From assembly GCA_036867785.1 (NCBI GenBank), contig CP145419.1:124001-188000 (forward strand): a DNA stretch of 64,000 nt. Reading direction: 5' to 3'. The translations under genes were made by a program, and so were the position numbers. Of this stretch, positions 45,041-55,647 are shown piece after piece. Every line of letters starts with the position of its first letter. The stretch's first letter is position 1. This stretch comes from Plasmodiophora brassicae (lineage: Eukaryota). The notes below the pieces were generated by a model that searched no databases, had not been told where the DNA came from, and saw only the letters and a program-made list of their open reading frames with translations.

Positions 45041-47467
45041 TCATGAGCACTGGCCCTCGCGGAAACAGTGTTGACGATGCGGGTCGCGAACGTAGACATC
45101 GCGCCTGTACACGACGGCTGCGCGTTTGACGGCATCGTGGACGCCAGGGGGCATGACCGCGGATGTTACCAACCGTATAGCGTCGTATGGAGCCAGAACG
45201 TTCACAGCATAGGCGAATGCGATCAGTTCGCTGCGAAGCCAGTTCGGGTCCCCCGGGTCATGGTCAAGGTCCTGCACAAGACGCCGATGCTGATTTCGTA
45301 GGTTACAGTCCGTCCGATACCTGTCATCGTCAGACTGAAACTCCAGCGTTTCGCTCGGCGCCAACAGCAGGGTTCGACTAGTCCGGTCTGGTATGCCCCT
45401 GGCCGCCATCTCGTCGCGAACTCGAACGCAGTCTGACATCCGACCAGCGTGCTCGTACACGCTGGACATCAAATGGCACGCAGCAGATTGAAGACGACGA
45501 CTGGACGCTGACGACAGATCGCCACTGAGGATGAGGTCGAAGATACGCTCTGCTCTGCTCACATCGTCATGCTTGCGACATGCGCTGAGGATGGTGAGCA
45601 AGGAGTCATTGCCCACGTTCGTGGACGATAACGCAAGCTGTTCCGCGTCATCTAACATGCCAAGTCGCCCGTAAAGAACGATCAGGCAATTGACAATGAC
45701 ACGGGAATCACGCCCCAGGCGGATGCCCCACCGGTGCTCGAACTCGCTGGACAACGCGTTGAAGCGGTCCAAATCCCCAGCAAGACTGCTGGCAGTCAGC
45801 AGTGCCACAAGCATGCCCTGGTCAGGACGCACCACCATCCCCGTCGCCTTGAACTGTTCGTACATCGCAAGAGCGTTCGACAACATGCCATGCGACCCGT
45901 AAGCCGATATGATCGCGGCGAATGCCTCGACGCTGGGAGCCGGGTCCTCGAAGAACAATTGCTCAGCGGCGCCAATCACACCACATCGAGCGTACGCTTC
46001 GATGAGGGACACGCGCACGTCCTCATTGGTCAACCGCCGCTCCCCAGTATATCGGTGCAATGCCTGGACGGCCGCCAGTTGGTATCGGCTGCCAAGGGCG
46101 GTAACCAGGACAGCAACCACGCCGGCGTCAGGAGCGTCATCAATCCGCTCGAGCATGGTCTGGAACAGAGAGTACGCCCGGGCGTCCTGGCCAGCCTTGG
46201 CAAGCGCTGCAATGGTGCTGTTGTAGATCGCAGCATCGACCCGCGTTCCGGGAGGCGACCGTGCACGTTCGAACAACTCCAACGCCTTGTCAAGCTGGCC
46301 GTGCCGCCCATACGCCCGGATCATTGCAGAGGCGGCCTGTGGGTCGAGAAACAGGACAGCATCGTAGCGGCCGCGGAAAACCTCTTCGGCAGCGTCGATG
46401 TCGTTCACCTGATCGTAGGCAGTAACGAACGCGCATACAACGCTGTCGTTGTCCAGCATGCCGCTGCCAATGGCGTACTCGTGCAGCGTCTTGACGGCCA
46501 GCGCATTGGAGCGGCGACCGCATGCCGCGATCAGATCAATGAGAACGTGATAGCTGACGCTCAAGTCTCGTCGGACCATATTCTGAAACACAGACATCGC
46601 CTGATCAATGCGATCGGCAATGGCCAGAGCAGAGACGACGCTCGAGAAGATTTGCTCGCTCGGCGGCAGGCCAACGTCGTCCATTAGCGACAGAGCGCTG
46701 ACTGCCGACTGGAACCGCCCCTGGCCTAGAAGCGCCTCGATGAGGTTGCCGAAGATCAGACGGTTCCGTGGGGGCGTAACGCGCTTCAAACGAATACGGT
46801 GGAGGATTCGTTCGGCGATGTCAGCTCCAGACGGCGATTCCGCGTCCGCACAGCAACCAGCAAACAGGAACAAGGCGTCCTCACTGGCATCCGCTTTCCG
46901 TCGAAGTGCATCCGATATGATATGCAGAGCGGCGATGCGGTCTTCGGCCGCTATGCAGACCTGGGCGACGTGACAGATCGTGCCATAGTCGTGCGGGCCG
47001 TACTTCTTGTAGCGGTCCAGAAGCTGGACCAGAAGAGGCGGGTACGTCTTCGAGCAAGCACTGACGAACGTTCTGAACAATACTTTGCTGGGGATGCCAC
47101 GGGCCATGGCAATGTCCAGGACTTTGGGCGCCCAGTACGGCAACAGCTCCTGGCAGAACTTCATCATCGCCTTGAAGAACGTGTCATCGGGCTGCAGACG
47201 ATTCGATTTGACGACGTGCTCAAACACGATCCAGACGGCGTCCGCATCGCCCTCGTGCTTCATCACGCGGCACGCGTTCTCGATCGACGGCGCCCGCATG
47301 AACTCGTCGAAGTAGTGCGTTGCCGACGGCCTACTGCCCGGTCGCGTCTTCCCGTCAACCACGTCCACCTTCGGCCTCGTCGCCAGCGCCATCCCATACT
47401 GTCCACGCCTGGGCAGGAGTACCCGCCTGGTAGTCAGCAAGGCGGCACATCGCGCACGCGGCAGCAT
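45041..47467 (-). CDS. Pentatricopeptide-repeat protein with E and degenerate DYW domains, intronless, probable mitochondrial presequence
   Basis: PPR motifs such as 'AMIRAYGRHGQLDKALELFE'. E domain 'ILSACRKHDDVSRAE..LMSSVYEHAGRMSDCVRVRDEM'. DYW-like 'RSELIAFAY...RDVYVRDPHRQHCFREGQCS'. Arg-rich N-terminus. Confidence 0.9.
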   Translation of the reverse strand: MLPRARCAALLTTRRVLLPRRGQYGMALATRPKVDVVDGKTRPGSRPSATHYFDEFMRAPSIENACRVMKHEGDADAVWIVFEHVVKSNRLQPDDTFFKAMMKFCQELLPYWAPKVLDIAMARGIPSKVLFRTFVSACSKTYPPLLVQLLDRYKKYGPHDYGTICHVAQVCIAAEDRIAALHIISDALRRKADASEDALFLFAGCCADAESPSGADIAERILHRIRLKRVTPPRNRLIFGNLIEALLGQGRFQSAVSALSLMDDVGLPPSEQIFSSVVSALAIADRIDQAMSVFQNMVRRDLSVSYHVLIDLIAACGRRSNALAVKTLHEYAIGSGMLDNDSVVCAFVTAYDQVNDIDAAEEVFRGRYDAVLFLDPQAASAMIRAYGRHGQLDKALELFERARSPPGTRVDAAIYNSTIAALAKAGQDARAYSLFQTMLERIDDAPDAGVVAVLVTALGSRYQLAAVQALHRYTGERRLTNEDVRVSLIEAYARCGVIGAAEQLFFEDPAPSVEAFAAIISAYGSHGMLSNALAMYEQFKATGMVVRPDQGMLVALLTASSLAGDLDRFNALSSEFEHRWGIRLGRDSRVIVNCLIVLYGRLGMLDDAEQLALSSTNVGNDSLLTILSACRKHDDVSRAERIFDLILSGDLSSASSRRLQSAACHLMSSVYEHAGRMSDCVRVRDEMAARGIPDRTSRTLLLAPSETLEFQSDDDRYRTDCNLRNQHRRLVQDLDHDPGDPNWLRSELIAFAYAVNVLAPYDAIRLVTSAVMPPGVHDAVKRAAVVYRRDVYVRDPHRQHCFREGQCS

Positions 47468-47723
47468 CTGCGCGCGCGCGCGCTTATTACGTTACCCCTG
47501 CGTTACGCAGACCGCAGTGCCCCGTCGGGACGCGGGTCACGCCGTGGAAGACAGGCCAGGCCCGCATGAGCCTGGAAGAGGTACCTAAGGGGGTCTGATT
47601 GGTCCTCCCGGTTGAGTCAACGCTAGTTGGCCTCCGAGAGCAGTGACGCAACACGAGCAGGGCAGACACACGAGTCGACGAACGGTCACCACTATCCTAT
47701 TCAGTTAGCGTATCGCAAACGCA

Positions 47724-48995
47724 ATGTCGAGGGCCATTCACCTCGCAGTCGTGCTGTCCCTGGTGCTCCTGGGGGCATTCGCCCAGACGCCGCTATTCCA
47801 ATCGAGGAAGCTGGAGCGGCCAGCGCCGCGTGTCTCCGAGAACGCGCTAACCGCCGAACCGCAGGACGACGAGCAGCTGGATGATTTCGAGGACGACGCA
47901 CCAGAAGAGATGTGTCCAGTGTAGGTGGTCCGTTGTGACACCTGCCTGATAACCATCGTGGCCTGAGCGCTTCCTCTATAGGGCTCTTTCTGATTCATAC
48001 GCGATGATTCGCGGCATCAACAACTACCGTATCTCGCACGGGCTCCCATCCATCAACATCTCCCGGTCGCTCATGTCCACCGCCTGCGCCCACATGCGCG
48101 ACGTAACCGCCTCGAAGAAGGCGATCAACCTGCAATGCGGCTTGCACTCCTGGGCATCGTGCTGTTATCCGGGCGATCATTCGAACGTGAGTGCCCATAT
48201 CGTGCTGGCGAACGCATTCGTCGTGCGGCTGACGTGGTCGGTTGGTCGTAGCCCGACTGCATGCACCGGAAGGCGCTGCAGGTGACGACCGCGCTGAAGT
48301 GGAACATCTACAACGTGGCCGCCTACGAGCTGGCGTACGAATGGACAGGCGGGCAGTTCTCGGCGGTTCGCGCCCTGGACATGTTCGTCGAGAACGCCGA
48401 GCACCGCAGCTTCATTCTGCAGGAGGACACCTGGGCAGACTTCAAATGGCGCGCCATTGGCGCTGCCGTTGGCCACAAGTACGCGTACATCTGGTTCGGA
48501 ACGTTCGCCGATCCCAACGGCGATTTCGACCAGTTCCACGTCGACGAGCACACGATGGAGCTTCCGGGTTGCTCATGCACGGGCAGGCCGGTCACGTGGC
48601 GACCACCGCCGACGCTTTCCCCTGAGGAGAAGGCCGCCCGGGAGCAGGAGCAACGGCAGGCTGCGATGCCAATGTGGTACTCGGTCCAACAAGGCCCGGT
48701 CGAAGACCTCGAGACGAAACTTTCGACGCCACACAATGCGACGTCAGTGGCACCGAATGCAACGTCGGCGCCACCGACGGCAACCACAATGCCTGCTCTG
48801 ACGGCGACGATCACGAACGTGTCAATAACGCCGGTCGTGGACGAGGCGTCGAAGGAGAAGACGAGCGAGAGCGGCGAGGAGGAGATAGCCGCATCATCGT
48901 CGGGTGGCGAGGAAACGTCGTCGGCATCCGGTCCGATTGATATTGGCAAAAGCATCTCGATTGCCGACTTCCTCAAGGGCCTGACTCAGACATAA
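47724..48995 (+). CDS. Secreted CAP/SCP-domain protein with a Thr/Ser-rich tail
   Basis: Signal peptide, 'INNYRISHGLPSI..SRSL..AC.H', 'EH..FIL...W.AIG...AYIWFG'. Two introns. Confidence 0.8.
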
Positions 48996-49067
48996 AACGC
49001 GCGTACATCTCTATGCCTAAGAAGATCATTCAGCGGACCGTTTAACAGTGTAGTGAGTTACAATGCG

Positions 49068-49948
49068 TCATGGCACGGCACCGACGGCCTTCAGTTTGGC
49101 CACGAGCTCATCGACAGACTCTACGATCACGCCGGCCTTTCGTTCGGGCGGTGGCGCAACCGACACGGTTTGCAGGCGCGGCTCCAGGTCCACACCCAGG
49201 TCAGACGCCGCCAATGTCTCCAGCGGCTTCTTCCGTGCCTTCATGATGTTCGGCAGCGACCTGCCCTCAGCACACGAATAAGCATGTCGTCCAGCGTGGC
49301 TACAAACACATGCACCGACGAATATCGAGGTTCATTCAGGCGCAGATCACATGTGACCACGGCGGGAAGGACGCATGATATCGTCTGGAGACCGCCATCG
49401 ATCTCCCGGACGACGGTGGCATTCTGCGACACAGACCTTGAGTGACCGCAAGGCACAGCGACACCGAATTACCCCACCTTCTTGTCATCGGCGATCGTCA
49501 GTTTCGATGCGAACGTGGCTTGCGGCCACGACAGCAGACCGGCAAGCATCTGTCCAGTCTGGTTGCAGTCGTCGTCGATGCTTTGCTTCCCGAGGATGAC
49601 GAGGTCGGCTTTCTCCTTGCCGACGACGTTTGCGAGCAGCTTTGCAACGGCAAGCGGCTGCAGGTCGCGATCGGTGCGCAAATCGGACAGAATGTGAATG
49701 GCGCGATCGGCGCCCATGGCCAGCGCCGTCCGCAGCGTCTCCTGGCACTGCTTCGGGCCGATCGACACGGCAACGACATCGCTGGCGATCTTCGCCTCCT
49801 TCAGGCGGACGGCCTCCTCGACGGCGATCTCGCAGAACGGGTTCATCGACATCTTCACGTTCGCCAGGTCCACGCCCATCTTGTCGGCGCCAATGCGCAC
49901 CCTGACGGCGAAGTCCACGACCCGCTTCACGCCCACCAGGACTCGCAT
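49068..49948 (-). CDS. ETFB: Electron transfer flavoprotein beta subunit, multi-exon
   Basis: '[12 protein letters not shown]', '[13 protein letters not shown]', '[15 protein letters not shown]', 'REIDGG', 'DLRLNEPRY'. Confidence 0.96.
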
Positions 49949-50158
49949 CGTGGCGCGCGCCCCCCTCAGCCGAGCCCCTGATCGAAAAACGACAATTTGG
50001 TTCAGGACAGGCGTCACCAACAGCGGGTGTCATTTTTGGACAGGTCGGGACTTGGCGGCAGTCACTCTGCTGTGCGTAACGGTACGTCCTGTTCCGGATG
50101 GGAACTGCGGGCGGCGACACATCGAACATCTTCCGGCCATAAAACAATGGGGCAGGGT

Positions 50159-51361
50159 TTATGGAGGCGGGCGGTTGGCAGGTGGCGGTGGGGCAGCATG
50201 GCGCCTGGGCGGGCCGGAGCGCGGTGCATGTGGTCCTTGGCGGTACGGCGGTGGGTACGGATATCCAGCGCCGCGGCCGAAGTCGGGCACCGGGTAGAAC
50301 ACGGGCGGCGGCTGCCCGTACGGGACGGGCATCGGGCCGTAGAACGCGGGCATCGGGTACGGGGGCACCATCGGGGCGTATGCCATTTGCGGCGGGCCAT
50401 ATGGCGCGCCGGACATGTTGACCGGCATCGGCGGCATACCAGCACCGCTCGGGACAAACTCCTTCGCCGCAGCACTCATCGTGAACGTCTTCGCGTTCGC
50501 GTTCAACTTCGGCTTGGCCGTCGAGGCGGTGTCATCCGTCGCCGGCGTTGTCGCTTCATTCGCCGGCGGTGACTTCGAACGCGCAGGCGACTTTGAACGT
50601 GGCGGCGACTTCGACAGGGCCGGCGGCTTCGAACGGGCCGCAGGCGGCCGATACACGTTCGGGCGATCATCGCCACCGAGAACCGTGCTGAACCGTGCTT
50701 CCTCGTCCGCGTCGCCGCCGACGGTATGGCCACGTTCCTCGGCCACGTGCGCGTTGTTGCCGGCCGACTGCGACATGATCTCCTTAGCGACGCGTTGAGC
50801 ACGCTCTTCGTGACGCTTGTAGAACTGTGAGTTCCGGTCGACCTTTGTCGTGTAATGCTCTTCGACGTACGAGCTCTCGTACCCGAAGAGCTGCCTGTTG
50901 ACCTCGAACTGGTTCCACCCCCGGCTATCAGGACGCTGCTTCGCCTCGGCGTCGAGGCAAACGTCGGTGCCTTCGTGCGCGTCGCCGTCCGTCCACTTCT
51001 GCAACTGCCTGGCACCTGATCCAGCCGTGCTCGCGCTGATCTCCGTGTCCGTCCTGAACGTCGTCGTCTCCTCGCGCTCTCGCAGGTCACGCTGAACAAT
51101 CACGCAGGCGACATGCGCGGCATCGAATGAACGTTCCTTCTCGAACGGGTTCGTGTTGCGCGCGCCGCCGTTGGACGCCGACACGAGCTGGACCTGGCCG
51201 AGGACGTACGTCGCCGGCGTCGACTTGTCGAGCAGGACGCCCTGGTACTGGCGCCCATTGTCCAACTCGACCGTGGCGACCTGCCCCGCCAGGCCGCCCA
51301 GCACCCGGGACGCCGACGACGGCGCCGAGTCGGCGCCGCGGACGCGCGACGCGTAGCTCAT
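50159..51361 (-). CDS. ATXN2: Ataxin-2/Pbp1 homolog (LSm, LsmAD, PAM2 motifs, Pro-rich tail)
   Basis: 'FRTDTEIS', 'RQLQKW', 'WNQFEVNRQLFG..S.Y.E..YTT', 'HVAEERG..DEEARFS', PAM2 'KLNANAKTF' and 'SAAAKEFVP'. Confidence 0.92.
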   Translation of the reverse strand: MSYASRVRGADSAPSSASRVLGGLAGQVATVELDNGRQYQGVLLDKSTPATYVLGQVQLVSASNGGARNTNPFEKERSFDAAHVACVIVQRDLREREETTTFRTDTEISASTAGSGARQLQKWTDGDAHEGTDVCLDAEAKQRPDSRGWNQFEVNRQLFGYESSYVEEHYTTKVDRNSQFYKRHEERAQRVAKEIMSQSAGNNAHVAEERGHTVGGDADEEARFSTVLGGDDRPNVYRPPAARSKPPALSKSPPRSKSPARSKSPPANEATTPATDDTASTAKPKLNANAKTFTMSAAAKEFVPSGAGMPPMPVNMSGAPYGPPQMAYAPMVPPYPMPAFYGPMPVPYGQPPPVFYPVPDFGRGAGYPYPPPYRQGPHAPRSGPPRRHAAPPPPANRPPP

Positions 51362-51939
51362 TGCGTCCGGCGGCCACCAACCAGACTGAGACTCGGCCGA
51401 ACAAACAAACCCGGACCCCGCCGGCGCACTGCGCGCGTGCGCGCGTCTCCGTGGGCCACAACCTGGCGGGGACGTTCCACTGCCCGGCGGTACCTGACCG
51501 TGCCACCTACAGCAAAGGCGCCGACGATACACAGTAGGGAACTACTGCATCGTGCGCAATGGGGGACGGCCGGCCCCAGAGCGGCTATGTTCTGAAATCT
51601 GTGTTGGGCGGACCAGTCCAGAACACGGGCACACCGGCAACCTGCGTGATTGAGCCGACATAGGTACGCCATACTCGCTGCACCGTGGAGATGCAAGCCC
51701 AGACCTGCACTGTGGACAGCAGTTTTGCGGGGCGCTCCCCGGAGCGATGGTGTGACACCTCGTCGGCTGTCCCGCGTTGGCCGGTGACGCCAGTGGTGCA
51801 CGTGTTTTTTTTTGCACCGAAATGGGAGGTGCGCCGGACGTGACAACTGACAAGTGCCGTACGGTCAAGTGCCGGTTCGCCCTTTCGGCTGCCCTCGTCA
51901 CTTGCTGATTTTGTCGTGCCGGTTTCGGGGAGGAGTTCG

Positions 51940-52995
51940 ATGCAGCACCTTGTCGTCGTCGTGGTCGCCCTCGTGGTTGCCGTCGCGGGCATTGGCAAGC
52001 TGTCCGTGTCGCTGTCCCGTTTCTCGAATCTGATACCGGGTTGCCGGTAGGCGTCGGCGACACCGTGCCGTACCAGTATTGCTCGACGCGCAGCGCCGAC
52101 CTGGTGCCCGACCTGCAGGTGTCCGCGAAGCCGTTTCCGCCGCGCAGAGGGCACCCGCTGACTGTCACAGCGACGGGGACCCTGAACGTGCCGCTTCGTG
52201 ATGGCGAATACGACATACTCGTGCATCTCGACGGGGCGCCGGTTCTCACGAAACGCGGTCACGTCTGCTCTTTGTTCCCTGACGGCAAGTGCCCAGCCAA
52301 CGGAGGGCCGATGACGGTCTCAAAGGCCATCGATATTCCGTCCTACACGCCACCCGGTTCGCAACTCTGCTCTGCCGTCGCAAACGTGACGACCTGACCC
52401 GGCGGTGACAGGTCGATACGACGTCATGGTCAAGCTGTTCGACCCGCAGTCCACGGTTGTATTCTGTGTCAAGTTCGAGTACCACATGCGGTTCCTGTCG
52501 AAAGACATCCCCTTCGGAATCTGCGACGGCAAGGCCGTGTCGCCCTACGTCAACACGGACGACCTCGACATCCGCCAGGAACCGGATGTGCCGCACCCGG
52601 GGAGCGATGTCCGCTTCAGCGTCCACGCCCCTCTGCTGAAGCCGGTGGCCGGCGGCCAACTCGCGCTGAAAGTCACCTATGCCGACATGGAAGTGCTACA
52701 CGAAACCGACGACATTTGCACACTGGTCCGGTTCGAGTGGTGGTGCCATCTGTGGCGTCATGCTAACAGGTGGTGTCAGGTCGCCGAGGACGCGTCCTGC
52801 CCGCTGACCGATCACCTGTCGCTGTCGAAAACCATCACCATGCCCCGCTACGCGCCGAGGGGCACCTACACGGCAACCATCAAGGCGATCGACGTCGACG
52901 GTGTCGAAGTGGCATGCGTCGTCGTTGACGTCCGCCTGAAAGACGCCCCGATCGTCCTGGTAGAGGTCTCCGAGGGATCTGCGCCGGTGGCATGA
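51940..52995 (+). CDS. Secreted protein with two ML (MD-2/NPC2-like lipid-binding) domains
   Basis: Signal peptide and two 'C...P.PP..G....C....CP....IP...P.G.Y...C' units. The first intron appears to have a GC donor. Confidence 0.85.
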
Positions 52996-53097
52996 ACGTT
53001 ATCACGGCGTCGTCGTCGTCGTCGTCTGCTCCCCCAGGCCTTGCCGCGTCACCCGAATACAGGCATAGGTTTACGATTTCGAACAGGGGTGCGCTGC

Positions 53098-54097
53098 TCA
53101 CCATTCGACCTTGTGGAAGTCGAAGTTCCTCAGGATGACGTCGATGCTGACCGTGATGACGCCGACCGACATGGTCGTGATCTTGCACCGTTCGTCCTGC
53201 GCCGTGTCGAACAGGATCTCGGTCGTTCGCAATTGCGGGTTCAGGCCCAGGAAGAATGCTACACGGGCCTGATCGTCAGCCAACGCCACCAACGGGGCGG
53301 CCATCGCTCCCACGAACAGGCGACTTCCTCGGATACGGTCCCCAAGGGCCTCCATACGCTGCATTCCATCACATGGTGCCCTGGCGTCGTTGGCACGTTG
53401 CACACCGAGTACCCATCTGGACGGGCGGCGCGTCGACCCCGTTAGCCACAGGAGTGGACACGGGCCGCTCGACCTTACGGTGGTGGCGCCCGCCGATGTC
53501 GTCGAGCGAGAACAGCTGGAAGTGGATGCGCGGCCAGCCCTGCAACGTGGTCGTGAAGAAATGCGCCTCGATCGGATGGTTCCAGACGAGCGGGTCGTCG
53601 TCGCCGTCGCCGCTGCCGTAGTCGACCTGCGTCTGCGACTCGGCGTAGCTCGGTTCGGCGACGTTGTCCCATGTGGGCCCGGCCACGACCTTGAACGCGC
53701 AGAACGCGTTGCCCAGCGTGCCCCGGAACCCGGCGATCTGCCCGATGACGTGCAACTCGGGCTCGAGACGATCCAGGTTCGCCGGGGGCATCGCCGATTT
53801 CACTAGCGACGCCGGCGGGCGTGCCGTTAGGCTTCGTCCCGGCTGAGACGACGCCGACGCGTCCGACGATCGGCGACGCGAGCTGACCTGCATGGCGTCG
53901 CCGGGCGCGTTCGCCTGCGCGCGTGGCGCCGACGGGGCATCCTGTGGTGGAGGAGCGGGCGCAGGCGGCACCGAACCGGCCCTAACCGCGAATACGCTCC
54001 CGACGCTGGCGCGCAGGCGGTCGCCCAGCGATGGGCGATGACGACGTGGGCCCAGAAGCTCTTCCTTGGCGGTCGCGTTCTCGGCCGCTGACGTCAT
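53098..54097 (-). CDS. B9D2: B9-C2 domain ciliary transition-zone protein (B9D2-like) with an N-terminal extension
   Basis: 'ELHVIGQIAG', 'QTQVD', 'VWNHPIEAHF...LQGWPR', 'PTTPGHH...WRP', 'VILRNF'. The start is uncertain. Confidence 0.82.
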
Positions 54098-54269
54098 CGT
54101 GGTCGCGCCCCGTGCACACAGCACTGGAGCGCAGCCTGTAGAGCACAGAGACACGTTCTCCTGAGCCCTATCACCAGCCCTGATCGTAGGTTTATTCATC
54201 GCGTCGTGGCTGGTGCTGAGGTTGCCGAGGCAGGGACCTGTGCCCCCGATGGGTGCGCAACGAGTACGG

Positions 54270-55001
54270 TCAACGCTTCCGAATCGGTGTCGGGGCGGGC
54301 GCGCGTCGCGATCGACTTCGCAGGCGCTTTGCGATCGGAGGCGGGCTCGGATCAGCGATTGCGATTGCCCGACGTTTGGCGGTGGGCTTCCTGGGCGGCG
54401 CCGGAACCGCCTCGGGTTCACTGTCGAAAGGCGTTGGGTTCGCGGGCAGTAGAAGAGCACCGACACGGTCGGACGTATCCAGGTTCGTGGATAACGACGA
54501 CATTTCGTCGAATACCGACGACGGTTCGTCGACAATGGCCTTCGGTTGCCTGGGAATGTGCCGCCCCTCGACGTGCCGAGCGTCGTCGGCGTCGGGAACA
54601 TTTTGGATCCACGACGTGGTCGTCGTCCAGTGGCGCGTCTCTTGACGCACGGTCACACGTCGGGAACCCTCCGAACTGGCGTTGGGCAGCCAGGGCTTAG
54701 GTGCCCCGCTTCGAAGAGCGATCGCGACAGGCCGGGCAGGCGGAGGAGGCTGTGAGGTCCGACAATGGCGAACCTGTGCCAGTGCGCGTTTCGTCAGTGC
54801 TCGCGAAGGTGCCCGCTGCAGAGCTGGGGGCCGGAACGCGACCGGCTGGGGTGGCTGGTGGCGTACAGGCCGTCGCGAACGACAGCAGCAGAAGAATAAG
54901 GAGCTGAAGACGCCCTGCAGAATGCGGGCAATGCGGCCATGAATGACATCGATAACAAGATGCAGGGCGACGGCGACCGCTACCCAGATGAACCAGAGCA
55001 T
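54270..55001 (-). CDS. Hypothetical protein with a hydrophobic N-terminus and basic disordered tail
   Basis: ORF 'MLWFIWVAVAVALHLVI...FFCCC...'. No domain recognised. Confidence 0.35.
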   Translation of the reverse strand: MLWFIWVAVAVALHLVIDVIHGRIARILQGVFSSLFFCCCRSRRPVRHQPPQPVAFRPPALQRAPSRALTKRALAQVRHCRTSQPPPPARPVAIALRSGAPKPWLPNASSEGSRRVTVRQETRHWTTTTSWIQNVPDADDARHVEGRHIPRQPKAIVDEPSSVFDEMSSLSTNLDTSDRVGALLLPANPTPFDSEPEAVPAPPRKPTAKRRAIAIADPSPPPIAKRLRSRSRRAPAPTPIRKR

Positions 55002-55647
55002 TGTCAACGCTGTCTGTAGACGAGCTAGACGGTCCGAATTTGGATCTGGGCCCCTGGGTGGCGCTGTTGGCTGGACCGGGCTGGACGGATGAGTCAAGGC
55101 ACATCAGGGGAAGGCGGGACCCGACGCCGCCCTCAGGTCACAGTCGCGCTCTGATCCAGAGCATGGCCGGATGGAGGTACCGAGGCCGGACGCCGGTTGA
55201 ACCGGCCCGGCCTGAGCGAGGCGATGACCCCATGCAGCACCGATGGCTGGCGCGTTCTGTGGCACGAAGGCTGGCCTGCTCAGGCAGGACGCCCGCTGTC
55301 TTGCGCCGTGCGGGACCGCACAAGGACGGCGGCGAGCGCAGCAGGACGGCGACGTTGGAGAGCGACCTGTTGTCCCAAGCGCTGCTTTGCGAAGCAGTTG
55401 GCGCCCTACGCGACTGTCACACGAAGATGTTAGCAGGCATCCTGGCTGGCACGTGCTACCGAGAATCACGAAGGATCCCGCCTACCTTCGCACCGTTCGC
55501 CACGGCTGTCTTCGCGTTCGTCGTCGTGGCTGGCCTGCTTAACAGCATCGGGGCGCATTGCACAATTTACGTAGCACCCTGCATCGCATGGTAACCATAC
55601 TACCGTCATGGGCGGGTCGAACCAGAATATAGAACATGTGACAAGGT

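Noticed and set aside
51580-51815. Possible Pol III ncRNA ending in a T9 run
   Set aside because: No tRNA, snRNA or snoRNA motifs could be identified by eye. It may just be a divergent promoter region.
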